From Gemmatimonadaceae bacterium (GTDB lineage Bacteria; Gemmatimonadota; Gemmatimonadetes; Gemmatimonadales; Gemmatimonadaceae), in the NCBI GenBank assembly GCA_045803545.1, contig JBJMOW010000002.1, forward strand, positions 448,001 to 512,000: 64,000 nucleotides of DNA, written 5' to 3'. Both the position numbers and the translations under genes were made by a program. Every line of letters begins with the position of its first letter. The stretch's first letter is position 1. The notes under the pieces were generated by a model. The model was given only the letters and a program-made list of their open reading frames with translations, did no database searches and was not told the origin of the DNA. This document shows, one piece after another, positions 48,661-57,982 of the stretch.

Positions 48661-51600
48661 TTAGACTGGTTTGATGTTGTGATTCAGAATGCCGGCCGCA
48701 ATGAACGTCTGCGCTTTCTCGACGGTCAGCTTGACGACCGGTCCTAAGTCCCACGACCTGATGACGTGCTCCACACGCGCGCGCGGGCTGCCCATCAGCA
48801 CCTGTCCGGGGAAAAGCGTTTGCGCCTGACGCCAGGCATCAGCCCCTGCGAGTTTTAAGCGATGCTTGGCCGAGCATACGATGTGACGGCCGTCTTCGAA
48901 CCAGATTTTCGTTCGCGCTTCCATGAGGTAGGCGGATGCCGCCTTGACTCTGAAAGCCCCGAAATGGTCCTGCCGGAATTCCGGAATGGTCCAGACGTAG
49001 TCGCCGACCTCGATCTGGTCGGCGCGCTTCTCGTGGAGATGCTTCCCGTGCCGGTCGCAGACAAGAATCAGCGTCTCCGGCGCGACGCACGTGGGACCGC
49101 CAGTGCCCGAGCCTGTTCCACTTCCTCCGGACGTTACGATTTGCCCGACGTAAAGGTGAGCCTGTTGGTTAGGTAAGTAATTGGGCTCGATCAGCGCGAA
49201 GTAGGTCGGCGATCCACCCCCGGCGATAGTTATATCATCTGTGTAGATGTAATTCTTGCCGGTAGCGTTTTGCGTACATGTCCCCGACCCATAGTCGACG
49301 ACCTTTTCGTTGTTCCCCGTGTCCCCGACTACGAGGCTCCAAGCGCCGATGCTGATTGTCGTGCCGCTTGAACTGACCGGAGTGGGCGAGCCGCGGTTCG
49401 CATTACTTATGACCTGCGCCGACCACGCGCCCGCTATTGCGGACGGGGCGTGCCGGAATGCACCGTCGAGGTAGCCGCTACTATGGAGCTGCGTGAAGCC
49501 ACGACTGCCGCCCGTTTTTTCGTTGGCTGTTGTGCGTTTGTACGTCGAGCCCTCGGGCACATCGTCAAAGATGTGGTGGCTAGTATTGAAGTGCGTGTTT
49601 AGAGCGTAGCCGCGCGAATCGACGTGCGACGAGTGTGATGTCAGTCCATCGTTTGTGGTGGATCTGCCGCCGTAATCGCCGTCGTCGAAAGGTCGCCCGC
49701 GTTTCACATGACCGGTGGTATCGATTTCCTGCCTCTGCGACGGAACGCTCGTGTGTATTTCGCTGAAGAGACCGGTGATCGTATCGGTGACGCGAAAGCG
49801 AATGAGCTTTGTACTTCTCAAATCCCGATTAACGACCTGGGCATAAGCGAAGGACGTCCCATCGCCGCTGTTGAGGAGCGTCTCTGCGGAGTTACTGATC
49901 TTGACGTAGATGGCCCATGTCAGGTTCGTTCCACCTCCGCCGGATCCTGCCACCGCGTTGAGCGTCAACGTTCGAGTTGTATCATCGGCTTCGGTGGCGC
50001 TCGGTGTGATGGTCGGAACCGGCGGTTTGAACACCACAGGCATTCCCGTCGTTGATACGGCTCCGCTCTGACCGACCCCAGAGATCGCGTCGAGGCCGCG
50101 AATCGCGACGATGAAATCCGTGCCCCAAAGATTCTTGCCCACTATGACGCCGACGGCCGAGACCCTGCCGGAGATCGGCATTCCGTTGTCGGTTAAGCCG
50201 TCGGCCGAGAATGAGAGGCGACGATCGGTGTACTGGTCGGTTAGGATCGTGACTGCGTCGCCCATTTTGAGCCACGGCCACATCAGGACGGTCTTCACCT
50301 TCCAGAGTCGGACTCCGGATTTCCATGCGCGCTGAAACTTGTCGGCCGAATAATTCGCCTCAGCCAGATCGTTCCACCTGCAGAAGTTGTCCGGGAACTC
50401 GAATACGTCGAACAGATTCGGCCGACCCCAGCCAGTGAGCTCGTCGAACGCCTCGTAGGTCGCTTGGTTCGTGAACTTTTGGGTGTCCGCCTGGTAGCCA
50501 TACTTCACGCGAACCGAAGGCATTCTCCGATCGGCGCCGATCGGAGTCTCGAGCGAAACGATATGGCGATCGTCCCATGTGGCGACGGAGACCTTATTCG
50601 GTGAGTAGATGTCGGCAAAATCGATTCGCCCTCTCTCCCACGTGATTATTCCGTCGGCGTGCAGGGCAACGTCCTGGATTATGTCGAGCGCTTTGACGCC
50701 GTCCGACGGCAGCGTGAAGGTGCCCGTGCGTCCCGTCGTCGGCGGCAGAATCCCGCGATACCGTGCTGGAACCGCCGACTGAACCCCGAGCAAATCGCTA
50801 TAGATCGCTGCGTAGTCCTGCCCCACATAAGCGGCACCCGTTCGCGTCGTTACGTCGGAGTGGATCTCGAAGGTGTCGCCGTTGACTGGCACCGTCTGGA
50901 GATTCGGATCCGCGTTGATGTCGAAGTGATCGTTGTTATTCGCAACGATGACGTAATCGATTCCGGCGGCGTTCCCAGTGACGCCGTGTGCACGGAAGCC
51001 GACCAGGCTCTGCCCGGTGAAAGGGTGTGATCCGCTCGTCGACGGAGTGACGCGATAGGTCGTGCCTGAGACTAGAGCGACGGTTGTCGCGGCCACTGTA
51101 CCCGACAGCGGATAGCGATACGTCTCGACAGCGGAGGGAATCTTTACACTCAGGCGATCGAAGCCCGAGACGAAGGTCATCTCCTCGGTGCCGTCCTGCG
51201 GATCCCGGTTCTCGAGTCGATAGCTATTCAAGAAAAGCCGCGTTCCGTCGCGTGTGTTGCGTGCGTAGACGTGCGCCTCGAGCGAGGAGGGCGCGTATGA
51301 CGATCCCAGGAGGGAAGCGAGATCTCGATAGTCTTTCCGGCCGGCCTTCAGGATCGGCAGCTTGAGCTCGCCGATCGAAGACTGTCCGGTCACGGGATCT
51401 GCGGTGACGGTCGAATCGAAATCCTTGAGATAGCGATACGTGTTGAGTGTCACGCGTTCGACCATCATCCACGCCTGAAGACTCGGCGTCGCGAACCGCG
51501 TGCCCGACGCCGGACCCGCAGTGAAGCTCGCGGTCAGGCGATACCAGATGAAATAGTTGCCGTTGACGAGGATAGTCCCGTCCTTTACTGCGCCGATGCT

Positions 51601-52776
51601 GGTCCACGGCCCGGCCGCAGAGACGTTAGAACCCTCGAGGGAGTAGGTGATCGACGTCCCGATCGGCTGCCAGTCGTCGAGGCGCACTTCGAGATCGTGC
51701 GTCGGCACTCCGCCCATGCTGAGAACGCCGACCCAGGAGCCGCTTGCCGCAAAGGTCTTCGCCTTCAGGTTGTGATAAGGCTGCTCCCACGTGCCGCCGG
51801 AATCCTGCGCGCGCTGTTTCGTCGTTGGCCGTCTGGCGATTCCCCACGAGCCGTTTGTAACCGCCTTCGCTCCATAGCCTGGCACGGCGCCCGCGATCAG
51901 GCGATCGTCGGGATTGTGGGTGAGATCGTTCGCGGCGAATGGCTGGAGCGTCGGGTTGTACGGGCCGCAGTTACGATTGGTGGCCCGACGATAGAACGCG
52001 GTCGTGTCGAACTGCGCGGCCGTAGCGTTGGCGACGCATCCGATCCACGCGCCCTGAAATCCGCGCCCCACAGGCTCGACCGAGATCGAGAGACCGCGAG
52101 GCATGTTGATGATGTGGCAAACACCCTTGCTGTCGATGTTGGGGTTTCTGAGCGCGGAGCCATCGTAACCCAAGCCGGTGTTCGTGTTCTGGAAGCCCGG
52201 GTGGATAATGAACCGTCGCTGTGTCTGCGAGGTGAAATCGATCGTGTATACGCCGCCGCCTGGCGTGATGCCGGCAGCGTTGGCTTTTACGTCGAACGGA
52301 TCCCCGATCGGAACGAGGTTCCAGTCGACGTCGTAGTAGCCGAGGCGCACTCGAAAGATTCCGTTCTTGTCGAACGTGAACGAGCTGCCGGTCGCTCCGA
52401 AAGTGGCGAGGTAGAGATCGATCGACGCGAGCTCGATCGCGACGCCCTGCGCGATATTGGGATTGAAGAAGAAATCGAGCGCGTATTCCTCGGATCCATC
52501 AACCGCATCGTGGAACGCGTGGCGGACCGTCGCCGTATTGGTCTGCGAGAAAATGGAGCTCGTCCCCGTCTGGGTTAAGGACAGCGCTCCGGAGTTTGCG
52601 TCCGCGGTGACATTCGTCTTGGTGCCCGCGTCCCAATCCGCTTTCGTCGACGCCTGTGCCGCTCGCGCCACGGCGAGGATGTCGACGTCGAGCTCCATGC
52701 ACGGGTTGAGGCGTTGGCATGCTCTAATGATCGAAGCGACTGAGCCCGCCGCCGGTATTCCTGGTAGAGTGGGCAT
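48661..52776 (-). CDS. large tail-tip / host-specificity protein with C-terminal Hint domain
   Basis: 1371 aa, beta-rich, two genes after the tape measure; ends GGPT-CVAPET...SAKH...TFIAAGILNHN-IKPV. Confidence 0.8.
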   Translation of the reverse strand: MPTLPGIPAAGSVASIIRACQRLNPCMELDVDILAVARAAQASTKADWDAGTKTNVTADANSGALSLTQTGTSSIFSQTNTATVRHAFHDAVDGSEEYALDFFFNPNIAQGVAIELASIDLYLATFGATGSSFTFDKNGIFRVRLGYYDVDWNLVPIGDPFDVKANAAGITPGGGVYTIDFTSQTQRRFIIHPGFQNTNTGLGYDGSALRNPNIDSKGVCHIINMPRGLSISVEPVGRGFQGAWIGCVANATAAQFDTTAFYRRATNRNCGPYNPTLQPFAANDLTHNPDDRLIAGAVPGYGAKAVTNGSWGIARRPTTKQRAQDSGGTWEQPYHNLKAKTFAASGSWVGVLSMGGVPTHDLEVRLDDWQPIGTSITYSLEGSNVSAAGPWTSIGAVKDGTILVNGNYFIWYRLTASFTAGPASGTRFATPSLQAWMMVERVTLNTYRYLKDFDSTVTADPVTGQSSIGELKLPILKAGRKDYRDLASLLGSSYAPSSLEAHVYARNTRDGTRLFLNSYRLENRDPQDGTEEMTFVSGFDRLSVKIPSAVETYRYPLSGTVAATTVALVSGTTYRVTPSTSGSHPFTGQSLVGFRAHGVTGNAAGIDYVIVANNNDHFDINADPNLQTVPVNGDTFEIHSDVTTRTGAAYVGQDYAAIYSDLLGVQSAVPARYRGILPPTTGRTGTFTLPSDGVKALDIIQDVALHADGIITWERGRIDFADIYSPNKVSVATWDDRHIVSLETPIGADRRMPSVRVKYGYQADTQKFTNQATYEAFDELTGWGRPNLFDVFEFPDNFCRWNDLAEANYSADKFQRAWKSGVRLWKVKTVLMWPWLKMGDAVTILTDQYTDRRLSFSADGLTDNGMPISGRVSAVGVIVGKNLWGTDFIVAIRGLDAISGVGQSGAVSTTGMPVVFKPPVPTITPSATEADDTTRTLTLNAVAGSGGGGTNLTWAIYVKISNSAETLLNSGDGTSFAYAQVVNRDLRSTKLIRFRVTDTITGLFSEIHTSVPSQRQEIDTTGHVKRGRPFDDGDYGGRSTTNDGLTSHSSHVDSRGYALNTHFNTSHHIFDDVPEGSTYKRTTANEKTGGSRGFTQLHSSGYLDGAFRHAPSAIAGAWSAQVISNANRGSPTPVSSSGTTISIGAWSLVVGDTGNNEKVVDYGSGTCTQNATGKNYIYTDDITIAGGGSPTYFALIEPNYLPNQQAHLYVGQIVTSGGSGTGSGTGGPTCVAPETLILVCDRHGKHLHEKRADQIEVGDYVWTIPEFRQDHFGAFRVKAASAYLMEARTKIWFEDGRHIVCSAKHRLKLAGADAWRQAQTLFPGQVLMGSPRARVEHVIRSWDLGPVVKLTVEKAQTFIAAGILNHNIKPV

Positions 52777-53643
52777 CTAGACGTAGAGCGTTGGCACGAC
52801 TTCCTCGAATTCGCCGCGGATCTCTCGGTGAACCGGATTCACCTTGGGATCGTAGAGGAGATCGCCGGGGAGTTGGAACATTCGCATCTGGCCCACGCCC
52901 GTCGTGTCCGAATCGTCGAACGCGAACCAGCAGGGCGCGTTGTAGCGGAGCATGCGACGGATTTCGGCATCGAACGGTGCGTAGTCAGTCGATTCGACTG
53001 AGACCGCGAAAGCCACCTTGTCGAAATTCATGGGCCGCGATTTTACTCTGACTGCGCCGCGCGAGAGCTCGTTTCGCTGATACTTGACCTGCGTGCCGTA
53101 GTCGTAGGCCCCCGGCGCGTCCATAAATTCCGAGAATCTGTAAGAGACTCCGAGATGAAGACCGGTAACTATCGGCGCGATACCGACACCCATGCCGATC
53201 GACTGGATCAACCACACCCTTTTTGCGGCGGTAGAGAACGTTTTCCACCAGACACCATCTGGCGTCAAACAGCCATTCGCATCAGATGGAAGGCCACCTG
53301 GGGTCGACGGAACCGTACAGGAGGCGTATTGGACGACTCCGACTGAGAGGGTCGAGTCGTCGCAGCCATAAACATTGAAGGCCTGCCCTTTGAAGTTGTG
53401 GCCGCGGTCGAGCACTACGGTGTTCGGGCTTTGAACCGACAGGCAGTCGACGTAGAGGTCGCGTGTGCCGTTCGTTCCTACCGTCGTCCAACTGGTCATG
53501 TCGCGGAGGTTGTCGGCAACGTGAAAGGGCTCGTGGCCGGGAGCATCGTCGGCCGTTCCCGAAAAATTCTGGACGACAAAACCCGGATGTAGCACGACGT
53601 TGTCGTAGAGGTTGTCGGTGAGGATGAGCGGTTTGTTGGACAT
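52777..53643 (-). CDS. minor tail protein (distal tail/hub-like)
   Basis: Lies between tape measure and tail tip; beta-rich. Confidence 0.65.
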   Translation of the reverse strand: MSNKPLILTDNLYDNVVLHPGFVVQNFSGTADDAPGHEPFHVADNLRDMTSWTTVGTNGTRDLYVDCLSVQSPNTVVLDRGHNFKGQAFNVYGCDDSTLSVGVVQYASCTVPSTPGGLPSDANGCLTPDGVWWKTFSTAAKRVWLIQSIGMGVGIAPIVTGLHLGVSYRFSEFMDAPGAYDYGTQVKYQRNELSRGAVRVKSRPMNFDKVAFAVSVESTDYAPFDAEIRRMLRYNAPCWFAFDDSDTTGVGQMRMFQLPGDLLYDPKVNPVHREIRGEFEEVVPTLYV

Positions 53644-55532
53644 CAGAGCGCGACTCGGATCGGCTGGTTGAGATTGGTGGCGCGGTCGATCTGCTGGCGC
53701 GTGCGCGCGATCTCGCGCCCAGACTGATCCTGGTGGATCAGGACGAACTCGAACTTGGTGATCTGGTCCGACTCACCCGCTCGGGCACCAGCTCCGAGCT
53801 GCGCCCCTGCCGGTCCACCACCGCCGCCGCCGCCGGATCCGGCACCCCCGCCGCCGCCGCCGCCGGCGATCCCGGCAACTACGCCCGCTTCGGTCGCGAA
53901 CACTGCACCAGCTTCGAGGTGCCGCGCGCCGCCGGCGAAGTTGAGGTCCGCGAAGTCGCCGGCGGCGAGTGCGAACTGTTTAGCAGCCAGGCCCTCGAGG
54001 AGCTTTACTTCCGGATCCAGTGCGGCCCGGAGAAGTTGGCGGCCGAGATCCTTCCGGCTGTGAATGAGCGCGTTGCTCATGTTCGTCTCGACCGAGTAGA
54101 TCAGGTCTGCCCGCTTCTTGATGACGTCGGCCTCTTTTTTCGCGTCCTTTTCTTTTTGCGTTAGCTGCTCCGCATCGAAGCGCTTGTTCTCAGCGCTGAT
54201 TCGTCGATTCAGGGCCTGGACCGCGGCGACTTCCTCATCATCGGCCTGTTTCTGCAAAGCCGCTTTGAGATCGTTCGAGATGTTCATCTCATCGATCTCC
54301 TTTCGCCTGACCTCGCGCTTTGCCTCAATGACTGCGAGCTGCGAGAGCGCACCTGCCGGCGACGCGACATCCATCGCAGATGCTTTGGTCTCGAGCGTCC
54401 GGACGTTCAGGACATCGAGATCGCGGCGGGCTTTCTCATCATCCTTCATGCGGCGATCGAGAGCTGCGATCGCGGCCGAGCCCATTCTCACCGCCTCGTG
54501 CAGCTGCGCGAGTTCGGCGCCCTCGAGACCTTTCTGTTGCTTCTCCTTCGGGAATAGCGCGCTATGGAGTTTGTCGATTTCGCTCCCCATACCAGCGCGG
54601 CCGGAGACATCCCATTTTGGAAGTTTGTCTAATGCTTCCTGGTCGGCCTTGAGTAGAGCGAGGCCGATGAGACGCTGCTCATGAGTGGCTTGGTGATGCG
54701 TTATGAGTGAGGCGAGGTCGGACGTGAAGGTCCGGTCCTGCGACTCTGTGCTCTTCGTGTAAAGAGCGTCGCGGTTCGCGATGGCAACGGCAAGGTCGTC
54801 GTTTGCCTTCGTCAAATTCGCCTTTAGAGTGTTCGTACTCCCCTGCGAGAACGGGTTGGCTAATGCTGCTTTCGCGCTCGCGACTTCCGCCTGCGCCGCC
54901 CCGACCGTCTGACCCTCAACGCCCCCGGCAAGTCTTTGGGCCTCCACCTCCCTCATCTTCTTGAGAAGGTCGTCTTGCGCCTTCTCCGCCTCGCGTGACG
55001 AGCTCGTAAATAGATCGTAGATCCCGACGACTGCATCGATGCCCGCCAGGATAGCCGTGATCTCGATCGAGCCAATCGCAAACTTTCCAAGGCTCGTGAC
55101 TAGGAGGCCGAGGGTCGAGTTGACGCCCAGCGTATGCTCGGCGAAGCTTGAGAGGCCCCGCTCCACGCGGCCCAGGGAAAGCGAGTGCTCTCCCAAGTGT
55201 CCGCTCGCTTCCGCGACCATCGCGGAAAAGAACCCCATGTTCTTGGTGCCGGCGACCGTCGCTACCGATTGTGATTTTATCCGGTCGTCGGTTCGGCTGA
55301 TCGCGACCTCGAGCTTCAGCTGCTGCTCATGCGTCGCTTTCGAAACGGTCAGATACTCGCGCGCTGCGTCCGCCGCTTTCTTCCACGTCTGGACGGCAAT
55401 GTCGTTCGTCGTGTCGATAGCTTGCCCGAGCAGGCTGACTTCTCGAATCGTCGCGTTTATCGAACGCGAAACGTCCTTCGCGTCAGCGATTAGATCGACC
55501 GCTACTTGGGCTGCCGCCCCCGACAAACTCAT
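53643..55532 (-). CDS. tape measure protein
   Basis: 629 aa, Ala-rich helical, after the chaperones; Gly-rich C-terminal region. Confidence 0.8.
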   Translation of the reverse strand: MSLSGAAAQVAVDLIADAKDVSRSINATIREVSLLGQAIDTTNDIAVQTWKKAADAAREYLTVSKATHEQQLKLEVAISRTDDRIKSQSVATVAGTKNMGFFSAMVAEASGHLGEHSLSLGRVERGLSSFAEHTLGVNSTLGLLVTSLGKFAIGSIEITAILAGIDAVVGIYDLFTSSSREAEKAQDDLLKKMREVEAQRLAGGVEGQTVGAAQAEVASAKAALANPFSQGSTNTLKANLTKANDDLAVAIANRDALYTKSTESQDRTFTSDLASLITHHQATHEQRLIGLALLKADQEALDKLPKWDVSGRAGMGSEIDKLHSALFPKEKQQKGLEGAELAQLHEAVRMGSAAIAALDRRMKDDEKARRDLDVLNVRTLETKASAMDVASPAGALSQLAVIEAKREVRRKEIDEMNISNDLKAALQKQADDEEVAAVQALNRRISAENKRFDAEQLTQKEKDAKKEADVIKKRADLIYSVETNMSNALIHSRKDLGRQLLRAALDPEVKLLEGLAAKQFALAAGDFADLNFAGGARHLEAGAVFATEAGVVAGIAGGGGGGGAGSGGGGGGGPAGAQLGAGARAGESDQITKFEFVLIHQDQSGREIARTRQQIDRATNLNQPIRVAL

Positions 55533-55918
55533 TTCCGCTCCTTTACCTTTTCCGCATCGATTCGGGCGTGCTCACTTGCGATTACGATCATGGCCTCGAG
55601 CAGCTGGGGATTTTCTCGGCCTGGCGGCCATTTACCCCAGCGTTCGACCACGCCATAGACGGTGAGCCACTGATTGATTTTCCTGTCCGCGAGCACCATG
55701 CTCCACGGGCAGCGCTTCGTTAGAAGCGGCCTTCTTTCCCGACCCAGTTCGATCCGATAGGTCGGGACTTTTTTTTCAGGACGCTCGTGACCCGCAATGC
55801 CGCAGGTGAGCTCGTCTCTTACTCGCTCGCTGCAGGTCCCGCAGTTGGGGGTGTATCGTCGTCCGTCCTTGGCTCCGATAGTGAAGCCTTGCCGTCCGAT
55901 CCTGACGGCGGCTCGGAG
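55529..55918 (-). CDS. tail assembly chaperone GT extension (-1 frameshift frame)
   Basis: 129-codon open frame with no early start, entered at A AAA AAC (55924-55918); stop overlaps tape measure ATG. Confidence 0.8.
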   Translation of the reverse strand, partial: LRAAVRIGRQGFTIGAKDGRRYTPNCGTCSERVRDELTCGIAGHERPEKKVPTYRIELGRERRPLLTKRCPWSMVLADRKINQWLTVYGVVERWGKWPPGRENPQLLEAMIVIASEHARIDAEKVKERK

Positions 55919-56259
55919 TTTTTTTCCTGTTCCCCCGAAACGTTTACTTCGCTCATGAGCCCGTTGTAGATCGCGTTCCGTATCCCGGGTGGAATCGATC
56001 GGAAGTGTCGCGGATCCGAGTGATCGTATGGCACTGGGCTACTGCCCTTCTGCCGCATCTGCATGCCTTCAATCCGAACGAGCTGCGCGCGAACGAGCTC
56101 CGTAGCGGCGGCGTTCTTTGCATCGTCGGTGGGAAAGGCATCGCGCCATTTGGACGCATCGACGATGTCGAGTGGCCGGACAACCGCGACCACGCCCGGA
56201 AATCCCGCTTCGTCGAGCGGGATCCGGAGCTCGTCCTCAAGTATTGGTAATGTGATCAT
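55819..56259 (-). CDS. tail assembly chaperone G
   Basis: Between tail tube and tape measure; contains EKN slippery codons. Confidence 0.8.
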   Translation of the reverse strand: MITLPILEDELRIPLDEAGFPGVVAVVRPLDIVDASKWRDAFPTDDAKNAAATELVRAQLVRIEGMQMRQKGSSPVPYDHSDPRHFRSIPPGIRNAIYNGLMSEVNVSGEQEKNSEPPSGSDGKASLSEPRTDDDTPPTAGPAASE

Positions 56260-56266
56260 CGAACCT

Positions 56267-57259
56267 CTAATTCAGGAGGAAGCTGAACGCATCATTGGCC
56301 GCCGGCGTTGAGTCGTAGAGACCGCCCGAAAGTTTGATCAGCTGCGTGCCGGCATCGTCACTCTTGGCAACGTCTTCGATGCGTGCATTCGGAGCCGACC
56401 ACGTGCACTTGTTGTATTGGGTGGCTCCGATCGTGAATGAGAGCGCGTTCACTGCATTCGTCAGCTGCAGGTTCTCGAAATCCTTGGTTCCGACGAGCTC
56501 ATCCTCGAGCACGATCTCGAACGTGATCTTGCGTGTCCGGATACGATGCGTGGCCAAACCGCCGGGGGCATTCGCATTCTTGCGCTGCGCGATTTGGTTT
56601 CCGGTTGACATTCTGAAGCTGCGGATGATTCCCGCCGAGAACCCGGCAATCGAGAGCGCAATGTTGTCAGCTACCGGTGGAACGGCAGTGCCGTAGCTCG
56701 ATGCAACGATGGTCGGGACTGCGGCGTCGGTCGGCGCCTGGTAGAGTCCAGTGCGCTTCAGTGAAGCGACGAGCGGACCGCCGGCGTCAAGCGCGAATTC
56801 GATCTCGGCCTTGGCGCCAAGAATCTTGTACAGCTTGCCGTCGACGTAGTAGTACTCGGTTGCACCGAGCAGCCCCGTCGAGGCCGGCTTGTATGTGTAT
56901 GACTCGGAGCCCCCGGTCGTGACCAGCGTCGACGAACAGCCGGCGGCGATCATGTAGGGGTGGAGCTCCGGCGTCGCAGCCGGGGTGGCTGCATAAGCGA
57001 TTGTCGTCCGATTCCCGCGGAAGTGAACCGTGTTCGGCCAGGTCGCCATTCTGCCTTTGGGCGAGAGCGGTGGCGAGGCTTGAATCGCGGCGCCGTCGAT
57101 CAGCTTGTCGCGCGGCGTCTTGAATGCGAACGAGCCGTTCGCTTCGAGCGGTTCCAGGATCTGGATCGCATCGTTCGCGACCACGGGGACAGCATCCGTT
57201 CCGTCGGTCGTCTCGGCTTTCGCCAGGAGTACGCCAATTACTGAATTGCGATCAGACAT
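56267..57259 (-). CDS. major tail tube protein
   Basis: LLAKAETTDGTD N-terminus, SYTYKP, YYYVDG; position in tail module. Confidence 0.82.
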   Translation of the reverse strand: MSDRNSVIGVLLAKAETTDGTDAVPVVANDAIQILEPLEANGSFAFKTPRDKLIDGAAIQASPPLSPKGRMATWPNTVHFRGNRTTIAYAATPAATPELHPYMIAAGCSSTLVTTGGSESYTYKPASTGLLGATEYYYVDGKLYKILGAKAEIEFALDAGGPLVASLKRTGLYQAPTDAAVPTIVASSYGTAVPPVADNIALSIAGFSAGIIRSFRMSTGNQIAQRKNANAPGGLATHRIRTRKITFEIVLEDELVGTKDFENLQLTNAVNALSFTIGATQYNKCTWSAPNARIEDVAKSDDAGTQLIKLSGGLYDSTPAANDAFSFLLN

Positions 57260-57452
57260 CGTTCGACTCGGTTATGACCGACTCCTCGTCGGTGTCAGGT
57301 TGTGGTGCTAGAATCGGGAGCCCTGCGGCTTCGCGTTGTGCGCCCGTTAGTTCGCTTTCATGGATCCGTCTACCATCACCGAAATCGATGAAGAGGCCGC
57401 CACGCGGATCTGCGGGATAATCCTTTGGTTTGTCGCTCACGGATTTCTTCAT
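57252..57452 (-). CDS. small hypothetical tail-module protein
   Basis: 66 aa, overlaps both neighbours. Confidence 0.55.
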   Translation of the reverse strand: MKKSVSDKPKDYPADPRGGLFIDFGDGRRIHESELTGAQREAAGLPILAPQPDTDEESVITESNDV

Positions 57453-57982
57453 GGCGCGAGATCTCTGACTGTGAGTGTGAATTCGACGGCGCCGGTCATG
57501 ACGCCGCTCGATTGCGGTTGATTGGTCGGCCCGTACTTAAGCGTCGACGATTTGAAGATCTTGAATCCGTTCCGAGAACCAGCCGTGTCGCGTTTGCCGG
57601 CGGCGAGCAATCCCCTGGCGATCGATCGGACGATTGCCCGTAGCGAGTAATCGGTATCGCGCTCATTTCTGAACACGTGGCCGGATTCGGTGACGTATGC
57701 GATGATCACATCGACGTCGAAATCCCGGATACCGCTCCATACCTGGCCCTGGGCACTGCCAGGCTTGGCGACGTCGACGACGACGAGCGGGAAAGACGTA
57801 TCGACTTCCCTCACTGTGGGATCGGTGTCGACCGCGTTTCGGACAGTGACGTGGCCGGGACGGTCGTCTGGCGAGGATCCGCCGTTTGGCGTATCCATCG
57901 CGAGCAGATCGATCTGCGCGTTCGCCCCGAGCGTAGCGTCGTTGAGCACGGCTTCGACCATGCGAAGAGTCTCGATGATCAT
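57449..57982 (-). CDS. tail terminator-like protein
   Basis: Upstream of tail tube; FPLVVV and C-terminal VEFTLTVR pattern. Confidence 0.65.
   Translation of the reverse strand: MIIETLRMVEAVLNDATLGANAQIDLLAMDTPNGGSSPDDRPGHVTVRNAVDTDPTVREVDTSFPLVVVDVAKPGSAQGQVWSGIRDFDVDVIIAYVTESGHVFRNERDTDYSLRAIVRSIARGLLAAGKRDTAGSRNGFKIFKSSTLKYGPTNQPQSSGVMTGAVEFTLTVRDLAP

Noticed and set aside
48661..49089. Canonical selfish intein in the tail gene
   Set aside because: No homing endonuclease, +1 residue is Ile, and the C-extein is only four residues
53815..53870. CCG repeat tract
   Set aside because: Encodes the Gly-rich stretch of the tape measure protein
55769..55776. A8 run in the GT frame as a second frameshift or phase-variable tract
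   Set aside because: The frame stays open through it (EKK) to the expected stop
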